Assembly: GCA_964016885.1 (NCBI GenBank) | Contig: CAXHJY010001609.1 | Coordinates: 372,001 to 436,000 of the forward strand | From: Eledone cirrhosa | Lineage: Eukaryota | Length of the DNA: 64,000 bases | Direction: 5' to 3' | Shown here: positions 35,653 through 48,504 of the stretch, in pieces | How the letters are laid out: each line of letters starts with the position of its first letter | Numbering within the stretch: position 1 is the stretch's first letter | The notes under the pieces: model-generated | Told to the model about the DNA's origin: nothing | The model's input: only the letters and a program-made list of their open reading frames with translations | The model's database searches: none | Position numbers and translations under genes: made by a program

Positions 35653-38637
35653 TATCTGTAACACTAACTTCAAAAAATGAGACAATCACTTGATCACCTA
35701 CAGATCAGGGGAACATACCAGCCAGGGAGATTATATCCTTACCAGAAGACGTGACAGAGTGACTGTTGTAAACACTAAATCCCTCCCCAATGAAGAATGC
35801 ACCTCCCAATATAGAATGATAATTAGCGACCTCATAGTCAGGACGAGACGTACTAGACAGCAGAAGAGGACTATCCTCAGGAGAAAAATATGGAAGCTAA
35901 AGGACCCCACAGCCAGAAATAAATTTAAAAGCATATTACTTGATGCTTTCGACAGTAAGGAAGAGCATTTAGAGTCGGACAATATAGAGGGACAGTGGGA
36001 ATTCCTGAAAGCAAACCTGCTGATGGCGGCAGACGAAGTCTGTGGCTGGAGCAGGCCTATAGGCAGGAGGAGAGTAACATGGTGGTGGAACAGTAAGGTG
36101 GAGGAGTCGATTAAGGCCAAAAAGCAGGCTTGGAAAGTATGGCGGGATGGGGGAAGTAGAGAAGACTATCAAGTGGCCAGGAGGGAAGCTAGGAGACAAG
36201 TGTACTTCACAAGAAGGGAAGCAGAGGAAAGAAAGTTCAAGCATGTTCTACAACGCGAGGACCAAAAACGTTAGGTGTTCAGGATTGCTAGGCAATGTGT
36301 CAAGGAAAACCGTGATATTGTTGGGGAGAAGTGTGTACTAAATGATGATGGCATACTCGCCATCACTGACGCTGATAAGAAGGTCGCTTGGAAGTGTCAC
36401 TACGAGAGGCTACTAAATGAGGAGAATAAATGGGTGAAGGATAGTCGCCCCCAGATCGATCCAATAGAGGGACCAGCAGTGTTAGTTGAAGGTAGTATAA
36501 TAAGTAAGGCAATCAAAGATATGAAGATGGGTAAGGCGGCTGGGCCTTCGGAAATAGTTGCTGAGATGCTGACGGCCTCTGGAACGGTGGGACACACCAT
36601 GGTCACCCGGATAGTAAACCAAGTCATACAGAATGGGGTTGTTCCGAAGGACTGGCGTAGCAGCATCATCATTAACTGTTACAAGGGTAAAGGAGACGCC
36701 CTAGATAGGAGTAACTATAGAGGCATTAAATTAATCAACCAGGTCATGAAGGTCACGGAAAAAGTAATAGTGCAACTAATCAGAGAGAGAATTGATCTAG
36801 ATGAAATGCAGTTCGGGTTTGTGTCAGGCAAAAGTACCACAGACGCTCTTTTCATTGTATGACAACTACAGGAGAAGTACCTAGCTAAAAGTAAACCCCT
36901 ATACTTAGCCTTTGTCGACTTGGAGAAAACCTTCAACAGAGTCCCCCGTTCCATTATCTGGTGGGCTCTTAGAAAACTAGGTGTTGACGAATGGCTTGTG
37001 AGAGCTATACAAGCCATGTATAAAGAAGGTTAGAATTAACAACGAATATAGTGAAGAGTTTAGCGTAAAAGTTGGTGTCCATCAGGGCACTGTTCTTAGC
37101 CCCCTACTATTTACTATTGCCCTTCAGGCTATAACAGAGGAGTTCAAGACTGGCTGCCCATGGGAACTCCTATACGCAGATGATCTAACGCTCATAGCTG
37201 AATCAATGGCCGAGCTAGAGAAGAAATTCCAAACATGGAAGCACGGCCTAGAATCAAAAGGCCTTAAAATGAACCTGGCTAAGACTAAAGTTCTAGTTTG
37301 TAGGAAAGAAAATAAGGCGCCGGTCCCTTCCAGGAAATGGCCATGCTCAGTGTGTAGGAAAGGCGTAGGTAGAAACTCCATTTTATGTCCCAAATGCAAA
37401 GTATGGGTGCATAAAAGATGTAGTGGGATCACAGGTAAGCTAACAAAGAACACAGATTTTACATGTGGCCAGTGCTCTGGTGCAATAAGTAGCAGCAAGT
37501 GCCCACAAAATACTAGCTCTTTCAATTGCGCAGAGCGTTCTATAGAAATAGTGGACAGCTTCCGTTACCTGGGTGACAAAATCAGCAGTGGGGGAGGGTG
37601 CTCTGAAAGTACAGTAGCTAGAGTCAGAACTGGATGGAAAAAGTTCAGAGAGCTTATACCACTATTAGCCGCTAAAGGGTTCTCCCTAAAAATGAAAGGC
37701 AGGTTGTATGATGCCTGCATACGAACAGCAATGTTGCATGGCAGTGAGACCTGGGCATTGTGTGCAGAGGATATACGCAGACTAGAGAGGAACGAAGCTT
37801 GCATGCTCCGCTGGATGTGTAATAGTAATATACGCGAACGGCAAAGCATAAACAAACTAAGGAAAAAATTAGAAATAAGCGGGATCAGATGTTGTTTACT
37901 CGAGAGAAGGCTACGTTGGTATGGTCACGTGATGCACATGAAAGTCGATAGCTGTATAACAAAGTGCAGGGCAATAAAGATAGACGGTAGCCACGGAATA
38001 GGCAGACCCAGAAAAACCTGGGACGAGCTGATAAATTCCGACCTCACACACTTACACCTCTCCAAGACAATGTCACTGGACCGAGACCTTTGGCGGTACT
38101 CAGTAATAGAGAAGACCCGTCTTACCTAAATACAAAGTAAAACCTACTACAGTCAGTAGGCATCTCTAACAAAATACACCCCCGTCCCACCACCCCCACC
38201 CCATCCACACCGCCCCTTTCAATGTAAAGTTATGTTGGTACCACAAAATCCAGGCCGAAACAAATGACAGAAAAAACAAAAAACACACACAGTCCACGCT
38301 GTAAATGTGGCCGTTTAGGCAACACGGGAAAAACCTCCCAGCCCCACACTGTAAATGTGGTTGGTGTTAGGAAGGGCATCCAGCTGTAGAAAACCCGCCA
38401 GACAGTCCACGCTGTAATGTGGCTGTGTAGGCAACACGGTAAAAACCTCCCAGCCTCACACTGTAAATGTGGTTGGTGTTAGGAAGGGCTTCCAACTGTA
38501 GAAAACCCGCCAGACAGTCCTATGCGAGCAAGACAACCACTCTTGCCTCAAGTGGGAAAACTCCCGTCCAAACCCATGCAAGCGTTGAACATGGACGTTA
38601 AACGATGATGATGATGATGATGATACATTATATATAT

Positions 38638-39340
38638 TAAAGAAATGTGATGTTTCTCTTTGTCGAATAAATAAATGCACAATCAAATCTAACAATCATT
38701 TTATTTAATGCAATAATTTAGTAAATTTCCTACAACGTCAATATTTTGAGGAGCGGGTCTTTCCACGTCTGTTCATGTCTGTGGTCCAAAAAGAGTGTGT
38801 GAACCTGTGGCTGTGTCCGGGTGTATTTTTGCCTCCCTTCCCTGAAGGGTTGTTAAGGGGAGGCAACTGCTAGCTACCAAGCGACCATCTCAGCCACTAC
38901 ATTCACCTCGGAGCAGATTTTTTGTCGCAAAATCGTTAACAATGAAGCGAAGGTAGTTTACAAAATGTAGAAGGATGTATCAACAAATTCAACATTAAAA
39001 AAAAAAAATAATAAATAGGTTCATGTCTGCAAGCATTAACGCAGACAAAACAAAAAAAAAAAACGTACAGTAAAAGATGCAAAATGCATGAAAAGATAAC
39101 ACTCTTCGCAATAAAGGGGCCCCGGATGCGATAAACAAGAAAAAAAATGTTTTGCTAGGCAATGAAAATGCCATATGTAGCATAGTTATAAAAATGCACT
39201 AAAAAAAAAGGGACTGTGTCAGAATTGACAACAGTCGTAATGTTACGCAAAATATAATATATTGACACTGCCGTAGGCAGTCAAGAATCCAAAGGTAACA
39301 AAATGCAATGTACAACAAAAACAATTGGAAGGAAAAAAAT

Positions 39341-39375
<35 letters not shown>

Positions 39376-42026
39376 TACAATTCAGTTTATATTACTGCAT
39401 AGCTTACGGGGCCAATGCACCCTTCGCCCAGAACGGGTCGTAGTTCTGTGTGTTGATGGTGGGGGAGGGGAAGAAATAGGCCTGTGTGGCAAAGAAAAAG
39501 AGGGGGGCATTTGAGTTTCAAGTGTCATTGTCCAGGTTTGCTCGTTTGAGACGATCAACGGAAACCGTTTCCCTGGAACCCCGAATGTCCAGTGTGAAAT
39601 GTTTGTCTGTGCGAGCAAGCACACAATAGGGTCCAGAGTACGGCCGTTGAAGAGGGGGTCTCACGGCGTCGTCTCTAACGAACACATGGGTCCACAAGGC
39701 AATATCCCTTGGGACGGCAGTTTTTACAGTCTGCTTCCTAGTGCCCATCGGTGGTAGATCCTTGAAATAAGAGTGAAGCCGGGACACGTAGGAAGCGGGG
39801 TCCTGCGAAGTCAGGTCAAAAGGGGCCAGCATTTGCCCCGGTAACGCCAGAGGCAGAGGAGAACCCAAGGTCCACCTTTACCGTCGACCGAATACCCAAC
39901 AATACAATGGGTAGGTACTCGCTCCAACGTGAAGAGTCCATGGAAGCCCTTAAGGAGGCTTTGAGCTGCCTGTGGAATCTTTCCACCATTCCGTTTGAGG
40001 CTGGGTGGTAAGCCGTGGTTCTTATTCGAGTAGCCCCCAGGATTTGGGTTAGCTCTCGGAAGAGGTTAGACTCGAATTGACGACCACGATCTTTTGTTAT
40101 GGTGGTTGGTACACCGAAACGAGCGATCCACGAAGATACGAGGGTACGGGCTGTGGTTTCGGCGGTGATATCTGTTATAGGGACGGCTTCAGGCCAACGC
40201 GAAAAACGGTCAACAATCGTCAAAAGATACGAAAAACCACGACTAACCGGCCACGGGCCGACGATGTCCACATGAATGTGACGAAATCTTGCATCGGGGC
40301 AGGTGAAGGTTCCGAGAGGAGCCTTAACATGTCTATGAACTTTCGCTTGTTGGCAAGCGACACAGGAACGACACCAAGCAGCAATGTCACGTCTCATACC
40401 AGGCCAGAAAAATCTGGCTGTTATGAGTTTTACTGAGGCTGATACTCCTGGGTGAGAAATGCCATGTAAAGCGAGAAACGCAGTTCGTCGATGTTCCACT
40501 GGGACTAGAGGTCGTGGTGAGTCCAACGAAACATCACACAGTATCTGTCCGTCAGCAGTTGAGATCGGAATGTATTTCAGTTTGCAATGTACAAACTCTG
40601 GCGATGTAACATCCAACGATTCGAGAGTGGGTTGGGCAGCTGCCATTCGATGTAAATCTATCTCCTCGGAAGACGAAATCGATGCGATCGGCAGGCGAGA
40701 CAGCGCATCGGCCGCTGTATTCAAAGAACCCGGAATATGTTGAATGTCGTTCGTGAACTGTGAGATGAATTCCAGATGTCTCGTTTCTCTGGGCGAGTAT
40801 TTGTCTGCCTTAGTTCGAAGAGCAAACGTCAAGGGTTTATGATCAGTGAAAATGGTGAATGTTCTACCTTCAAGTACATGAGCAAAATGTTTCACTGATA
40901 AATAAATTGCTAATAGCTCCCTTCCAAAGGTGCTATAGCGAGTTTCTGCAGGCTTTAACTTCCTCGAAAAGAACTCGAGTGGTTGCTGTACCCCATCACC
41001 CTTCTGCTGTAAGACTGCGCCCACGGCGCTGTCCGAAGCATCAACACAGTGTGATAGCTCGGCGAGAAAAGACGCGTTCGCTAACGCCTTTTTCACTTTT
41101 TTAAAATCATCAAGCTGCGTTTCAGGACCTTCAGCTTATGCTGTTCCTTTGTCCTCGTCAATTCGAAGAAACATTCCAGCTGCGCAAACCACAACTTGAT
41201 GTCGCCTGCGAAGGACGGCAAATGATGTTGACTCATGGTGCCACGTATTTGATGACTTTTTGGTGTTGGTCAATAGTTAGCCAGGTGTTGCTGCTGATTG
41301 CTGGTAATTTTTTTCTTTAAAAAAAATATTCCAAAGAAAATTTTAATAATAAAAAAAAATCATTTTCCATGAAAATTGATGGTAAGATAATCCAAGATGG
41401 CTGATTTAAAAATGTGTCCGTGATGAAGCCGTCATGAGGCACGATGCAGCCAATCAGATGGCTGGGATTGGAGAAGACAGGCTGAACGCGGGAAAACGAA
41501 ATATCTCCATTTGTAATTTCCACAGAATGTTGGAAGCAAAATTCTATTTCCAGAGAAATCCTTTTTTTTTTTTTTTTTTGTTGTGTGTTGTATTTTTGTG
41601 TTTGTCTGTATGCGTGCTATAACAAATGGAATATAATGAATTTTATGGACTTACGCTAAGTGATTCGGACATTCCAATTGTTAAGCCATTCCACATTGCC
41701 GTTAAAAAGAATTTCGGACTCCAATAGGCTGCGTTTTCATTCTTTATCGTCAGGGTCGCCAATAAAGAAATGTGATGTTTCTCTTTGTCGAATAAATAAA
41801 TGCACAATCAAGTCTAACAATCATTTTATTTAATGCAATAATTTAGTAAATTTCCTACAACGTCAATATTTTGAGGAGCGGGTCTTTCCACGTCTGTTCA
41901 TTTCCGTGGTCCAAAAAGAGTGTGTGAACCTGTGGCTGTGTCCGGGTGTATTTTTGCCTCCCTTCCCTGAAGGGTTGTTAAGGGGAGGCAACTGCTAGCT
42001 ACCAAGCGACCATCTCAGCCACTACA
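38638..42026 (-). mobile_element. Ty3/Gypsy LTR retrotransposon, internally deleted
   Basis: 264-bp LTRs at 38638-38901 and 41763-42026 (about 3 mismatches seen), ATAT TSD, PBS TGGCGACC after the 5' LTR. Gag N-terminus LPSFAGDIKLWFAQLECFF starts at the ATG at 41236; RNase H and integrase follow. Confidence 0.94.
39518..41096 (-). pseudogene. Gypsy pol remnant: RNase H and integrase (frameshift near 39850)
   Basis: [67 protein letters not shown], and the GPY motif. Confidence 0.92.
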
Positions 42027-42202
42027 ATATTATACAGAATATATACACTATATATATATTATACAGTATATATACACTATATATATATTATTCAGTATAT
42101 GTACACTATATATATATTATACAGTATATATACACTATATATATTATACAGTATATATATACACTATATATATTATAGAGAATATATACACTATATATAT
42201 GT

Positions 42203-42366
42203 CCACAGCTTGGCACCAGTGACATTACAACTCATTTCTACAGCTGAGTAAACTGGAGCAACGTAAAATAAAGTGTCTTGCTCAAGGACACAACACATCA
42301 CATGGTCCGAGAATCGAACTCACCAACTTTTAATTGTAAGCCCAATGCTCTAACCACTAAGCCATG
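42203..42366 (-). mobile_element. 5' half (tRNA head and core) of the split SINE
   Basis: Minus-strand TGGCTTAGTGGTTAGAGC, GAGTTCGATTC, CCTTGAGCAAGACACTT. Confidence 0.8.
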
Positions 42367-42379
42367 ATACCTTCCAGAA

Positions 42380-42952
42380 CCAACCGTGATATAGAGAGAC
42401 CATAAAGACAACCGTTGTTTTCATAGTTTAAGCCTTAAAATACCTCTCATACATGCTTTAAGTACATATAAACTCATTAATACACACTTTTGTATTTAAA
42501 CACCAAAAACAGCCAGTAACGATCGTATAGAAACTACCACCAACTATCATACCACTAGTTACCAATGAGGACTATTGCCAGCCACGGTAGCCACTTGGTA
42601 ATACACTGCACATCTCCCGTCAATATATGAAGGGTTTGTAGTAGATTAGAGCAAAACACAATCAGTAAAACAATAATGGAATGAAAAATATAAACATTTG
42701 TTCATAATTAAAGCCTTAAGATGTCCCTTCCTTACGATATACACTTTAATAACATTGAAACTTATTTAATAAGTTTAAATTTTAAACACTTTTATTCAGA
42801 CGTACCGCGATAAGAAACTAGATATGTTCTAACGAATAATCCGCGATGTGGCGAGGATTACCGCGATAGGAAATTAAATACGTTCCAAAGAAATATCCGC
42901 GATGTAACGGGACCGCGAAAAGTGAACCGCGATATAGCGGGGGATTACTGTA
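42380..42952. mobile_element. Tigger/pogo-like DNA transposon end
   Basis: Repeated CCGCGA subterminal motifs ending AACCGCGATATAGCGGGGGATTACTG|TA; the left TIR was not found. Confidence 0.55.
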
Positions 42953-43240
42953 TATATACACACACAACATACTTCTATCTATATACACTCATAACATATA
43001 TTTCGATTTTTTTACATTAAAATGTTGACTGAGGGTGACAACTGTTTCTTGTTTGAGGTTGTTCCAGTGGTTGAAATATAGACGGAGGTAATTAAATAAT
43101 GAAGACAGTCATGATAACAATATATTTTATATCACATGTAACAGTGGAATCTGGTTAATTACTGGATCGTTGTAGGGTTCACATAATTATATTATTTACA
43201 CACATTAATATAGACATTAAGTAAATCTTTGTCAACTTAC

Positions 43241-43436
43241 CTCCTTCAGATATAATCAATGTGTTGTGTTATTAGTTGTTACTAAACAACCAAAGAAATA
43301 ATCTCTTTGTTATCAAATTAGAAGTTTCAATGTTATCAGCTTTATTTCACATTAACGTTGGTGTATCTTCTTCATCTTTAGTCATAAATTGATATCTTGT
43401 CAGAATGAAGTAGTGAGGCTGACTTTATGTCTTTAG
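43241..43436 (-). other. Probable non-coding 5' UTR exon of ZNF-A
   Basis: tctgtag acceptor and GAAGGAG|gtaagt donor, conserved in the paralog 55680-55878; only a short uORF. Confidence 0.55.
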
Positions 43437-43636
43437 CTACAGATTTGCTAGGAAATATATATTTATTAGGTTGATATGTGGTCTAAAATATATATATTGT
43501 CTATAAATGACTGATAGCAGATGTTCTGGTGAAATAGTAGTTTTACTACTACAGATTGTAATGGAACTCTTAGTAGACACAATTGTAAAGTAAGAATAGA
43601 TATGACAGTGTAAGACTGATGTCGGGGAATTAAAAT

Positions 43637-43670
<34 letters not shown>

Positions 43671-44149
43671 ATTGTTACACAAGATATAATTAGATTAAGA
43701 AGACAGCAGGTACTCGATGTCGTTGGAAATGATTTAACTCCCTTACCGGTGTCATTAGTTAAAAGTCCCTGATATAATTTAATACATCCAGACAGTTCCA
43801 ATCGTATTTAATCGATAGTAAATGAAAAGGTATCACTCAGTAAAATATCAATTATATATCTACGTAGCATCTGTAACTGCTAGAAATAGCAGTGAAATTA
43901 TCCATTACAGACTTTTCTTTCTTTAAACTCTTACGTTTAGAAGATGTTTGTGTTGAGAATGTGTGTATTTGTGTATTGTATGACGGAAGTCACCATTGAA
44001 GATGTTAAAAGAAATGTTGTGGAAAATAGCATCGTACGACTTTGTAATTGTTTATATATAATTTATTTACAGATTAGAAAGGTTAGAAGAATGTCTCTTG
44101 AGAGGATAGTTAATGTTATCAATAAAAAGATTATAAAGATTTAAAGACG

Positions 44150-44460
44150 TACGGTCAACTGGTTGAGGCGTTAGCTAGACCTGTAGTGATATCTGTTGCT
44201 ACATATTGTCTATGCTTGAGGAACGAAAGCAAGAGATGTTTACCTTCACGGTGTCGAGCTGCAAGAGAGAGTGTTTCGAATCTCTGCGGGATTTTTTCCC
44301 TCTGGGCGGAGGTCGAGATACATTTTCCTACGCTGGTAACGATTGGCTGAACTGAGCCAAACAACGCACAGAGAATGTATCCATGAGCCCTCGGAATGTA
44401 GGTCACTATAATACCCTCTATTTAGTCTGCAAGACGATATATAAGATTGAATCAGCAGGA
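44150..44460 (-). promoter_or_regulatory. Putative ZNF promoter / first exon
   Basis: Locally CpG-rich with a CCAAT box (GATTGGCT at 44341) and minus-strand donors near 44243 and 43933; conserved at 56620-56930. Confidence 0.45.
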
Positions 44461-44536
44461 AAAAGGCTTAAAGAGAGGACATCAATGAATATATATGTAT
44501 ATATATATGTATGTATATATTATATATATATATATA

Positions 44537-45416
44537 CAGGTGTGGACGATATTTGGTCGCAATTTTCAACTGCTAATTTTATGCAAATTTTTTTTACTTC
44601 CGTTGTCACTCTTGTCCTCATAAAAACAGTGACTATATTTCCATTATTTATTTTCAGAATAATTGATTATGAATAATTTTGAACCTCCAAATTTGTGGAA
44701 GAGATATGGAGTTCTTCTTGGAAACAGCGCCGGGAGGACAAATAAGACCAGTAGATTAACTCCCAGAACAACAGGTGGCTCGCTGTCTCATCCAAAGACG
44801 TGCCCAGAGTCATGCAGATAAAGTTTCCAGCGACAACATTGGTCTTAGGTGTCGTCACCAGTCAAGGTGACGTAATGCCACCTGACTGCTTCCCTGAGGG
44901 TCTCAAGCTGAACACCGATGGCTAAATTCGCGTTCTGAGCGAGGTAGTAAAGCCCTGGATCGACCAGGTAGCTGCAGGTAGGCCGTACATGTGGCACCAA
45001 GACTCAGCGCCCTGCCATACCAGCCGAAAGGTCCAAGCCTGGCTGTCAGAGAACTTCGTCGACCTCACCTCCCCTGACATTTGGCCTCCCAGCTAGCCTG
45101 ATTGCAATCCTCTCGACTTGTTTGTGTGGGGCACAGTGGAACAAGACACCAACAGATCCAGCTGCAATACGAAAGACGATCTGAAGTCCAGGATCACAAG
45201 TGCCTTTAGGGGCCTAAGTCAGGGGACACTGACGAAGGCCTGTAGCCGGTTTAGAGGCTGTCATCAAAGCCAATGGCAGGGTTATCGAGTGAGATTGAAA
45301 GAACAAGTCATGAAAACAATCTGACCCAAGTTTGATAAATAAATCTTAAAAAACAAAACTACTGTGTTATTCTTTCCTAGACAGTAATCTTGCGAATAAT
45401 TATCGTCCGCACCCTG
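44537..45416 (+). mobile_element. Tc1/mariner DD37D (maT-like) transposon remnant
   Basis: TA|CAGGTGTGGACGATA...TATCGTCCGCACCCTG|TA. In QDSAPCH...WPPS*PDCNPLD there are 37 residues between the last two Asp. Confidence 0.88.
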
Positions 45417-45469
45417 TATGTATACATATATAATATATGATATATAATATATATATATGTATATATAAA

Positions 45470-46948
45470 AAGGGGATGATCTGGAGAGGAGCAATTATAG
45501 GGGTATAAAACTGATGGATCGGGTTATGAAAGTGGCAGAAAGGATATTAGCACAACTAATTAGAGAAAGGGTCAAACTAGATGAGATGCAGTTTGGTTTT
45601 GTGCCTGGGAAGAGTACAACAGATGCCTTCTTCTTGGTGAGACAATTGCAAGAGAGGTTCTTAGAGAAGAATAAGTCACTATACATAGCCTTTGTTGACC
45701 TAGAGAAGGCCTTTGATAGGGTTCCCCGATCTGTAATCTGGTGGTCCCTAAGGAAACTAGGTGTTGAGGAATGGCTTGTGAGGACAGTGCAAACTATGTA
45801 CAGAGGTGTTGTCAGTAAAGTCAGGGTAGGAATGGAGTTTAATCTGGAATTCCAGATACAAGTAGGAGTACATGAAGGTTCAGTCCTCAGCCTGCTCTTG
45901 TTCATTATAGTCCTCCAAGCCATAACAGAGGAGTTTAAGACTGGCTGTCCATGGGAACTTCTCTATGCTGACGATCTGGTTCTTATAGCAGAATCAGTAG
46001 AGGAGTTAGAGAATAAATTCTGGCTATGGAAACAGCAGTTGGAAGCAAGAGGACTGAGAGTGAACCTAGCTAATACAAAAGTGTTGAGAAGAAAAGAGGA
46101 CAAAACTCTGATTCCGTCAGGGAAATGGCCATGTTCGATATGCAGAAAAGAACTGGCATAAATTCTATAAAATGCACACAATGCAGATCCTGGGTACACA
46201 AGAGATGTAGCGGGTTAGCAGGCAAACTAACAGGTAGGGAGAAATATGTATGCAGTAGATGGACAGGGAAATTAGACAGTAGAAGTCGCATTGATAGACA
46301 CATTTTTCAAATGCAGCAGGGCACTATAGAAGTGGTGGATAGCTTCCGGTACCTAGGAGATCAGATTAGCATGGGATGAGGGTGTTCCGAGGTCATAGTG
46401 TCGAGAATAAGGATGGGTTGGAAGAAGTTTAGGGAGCTGCTTCCTCTGCTGACAAAGAAGGGTTTCCCCCTGCGTACGAAAGGCTGGTTGTATGATGCCT
46501 GTGTGAGGAGCACGATGCTGCATGGTAGTGAGACATGGGCAGCAACTGCAGAGGATATGTGACGGCTGGAGAGAAATGAGGCAAGCATGCTCCGTTGGAT
46601 GTGCAGTGTAAATGTGCTTGAACAACCCAGCATAAATCTGTTGAGAGAGAAACTGTATTTGAGAGGGATAGAGTGTAGTGTACGGGAGAGGAGACTGAGG
46701 TGGTATGGACATGTGATGCGCATGGAGGATGACCGATGGGTGAAGAAGTGACAGAAAATGCCAGTTGAATGAAGACCTGGTAGAGGTAGACCACGAAAAA
46801 CATGGGCGGAGGTGGTGAGAACAGACCTCAGATGATTGAAGCTCACGGTGGAGATGACGAAGGACCGTGCCGAGTGGAGAGATGCTGTGCTGAATAAGAC
46901 CTGTCCCACCCTTGCAAGCAGGGAAAAGCGGACGTAAAATGATGATGA

Positions 46949-46950
<2 letters not shown>
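45470..46950 (+). mobile_element. RTE subfamily B, 5'-truncated
   Basis: RT (YADD), PHD-like insert, and a short 3' end CCCACCCTTGCAAGCAGGGAAAAGCGGACGTAAAA(TGA)n. Confidence 0.93.
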
Positions 46951-46989
<39 letters not shown>

Positions 46990-46992
<3 letters not shown>

Positions 46993-47212
46993 TCATCATC
47001 ACTGTTTTACGTCCGTTCTTCTATGCTAGCATGGGTTAGACGGGTTGTCCTGTTGTGGGCAGTGTCCGGTTGGCTGACCTTGTCTTGCACATACGGGAAC
47101 TGCTTCTGCTTTGATTTCTACAGCTGGATGTCCTTCCTAACACCAACCTTATTTACACTGAGAGCTGGCTACTTTTCTTCCGTGGTGCCTTCATGTCCAC
47201 TTTATAGTGTGG
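46990..47212 (-). mobile_element. RTE/SINE 3' module, inverted relative to the neighbouring tail
   Basis: (CAT)n...TTTTACGTCCG...CCTTCCTAACACCAACC. Confidence 0.75.
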
Positions 47213-47344
47213 CTTGATATATATATAATATATATATATTATATATAATATATATATATAACATATATATATATAATATAATATATATATATCATTTAAT
47301 ATATATAACATAAATATATATATAATATAATATAATATATATAT

Positions 47345-47930
47345 CTGAGAGACAGACTGAGCATCAGAGGAATCAAATGCTGTGTGCAGGAGAGGCGGTT
47401 GCATTGGTATGGACATGTGATGCGTATGAAGGATGACAGCTGCATAAAAAGGTGCAGAGCACTAGAAGTCGATGGATGCCGCGGAGTGGGGAGACCCAAG
47501 ATGACCTGGGATGAGGAGATAAAAGCCGACCTTACCCAATTACACCTCTCAAAGGCGATGACACACGACCGTGACCTCTGGAATCACGCAGTAATACAGA
47601 GTACCTGACCTCCCATGGGTACAAGCTGAAGCATATAGACAATATGCCCCCACACTTCCCACTGCAAGGTGGTCGTGGAGGTGCCACGGCAAAAAAGCAC
47701 CCAGCCCACACTGTAAAGTGGACGTGTAGGCGCCACGAAAAAGCACCCAGCACTCACTGTAAATGAGGTTGGTGTTAGGAGGGCATCCAGCTGTAGAAAT
47801 CACGCCAAATCAGTTCCTTTATGAGCAAGGAATGGTCAGCCGACCAGACACTGCCCAGAACAGGACAACGCGTCTAACCCATGCTAGCCTGGAAGAACGG
47901 ATGTAAAGCAGTGATGAGGATGATGATGAT
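47345..47930 (+). mobile_element. RTE 3' fragment (third 3' UTR type), absent from duplicate copy 2
   Basis: QERRLHWYGHVMRMKDDSC...GRPKMTW, followed by a SINE-like 3' UTR and tail. Confidence 0.88.
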
Positions 47931-47931
47931 A

Positions 47932-48100
47932 TATAAAATAGAGAATGCCTAAAACTGAAGAAACACCCAACCGATTGTCTTCAAACTTTACACATGTAAT
48001 ACTTATGGTCCTGTGAGTGTTTTGAGGAGAAAAATTTCAAATTTTCAATGCCCTAGGGACCGCATTAGGCGATTTAGCGATCTCCGGGCCATTCTGCTAG
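47932..48100 (+). mobile_element. Short non-autonomous Helitron-like element
   Basis: Ends CGGGCCATTCTGCTAG|T; the paralog 59640-59808 starts A|TC. No TIR or TSD. Confidence 0.5.
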
Positions 48101-48504
48101 TAATATATATATAATATATATGGCTTAGTGGTTAGAGCATTGGGCTTGTAATTGAAAGGTTGTGAGTTCAATTCTCGGACCGGGTGATGTGTTATGTCCT
48201 TGAGCAAGACACTTTATTTCACGTTGCTCCTTCTACCTGGAGTTGTGACCAATAGATAGTATTAGCAATTGGAAAGACCGATGGAAACATTGTTTCTTCA
48301 GTCCAATTTGACGAAAGTCGATCGACTGACAATATATATATATATATTATACATATATATATATGTGTCACTTGCTGGATCTGCTAGAAGGACCCAGATA
48401 ATATGAGATGTTCTCCCGGCTGTATCATATACTGCAAATCTATGCAGATGTATACACATATATACACAAACACATAAAGATACACATGTAATTATACACA
48501 CATA

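Larger units (their letters stand above)
31127..38623 (+). mobile_element. RTE subfamily A copy split by a Tx1 insertion (31127-31486 and 35653-38623)
   Basis: APE sequence resumes exactly after the insert. Stops near 35678, 36272 and 36860, a deletion near 37027, a duplicated 3' UTR block, and a (GAT)n tail. Confidence 0.94.

Noticed and set aside
43944-44406. Short ORFs conserved between the duplicate units
   Set aside because: Conservation is explained by recent duplication; no domain similarity is evident.
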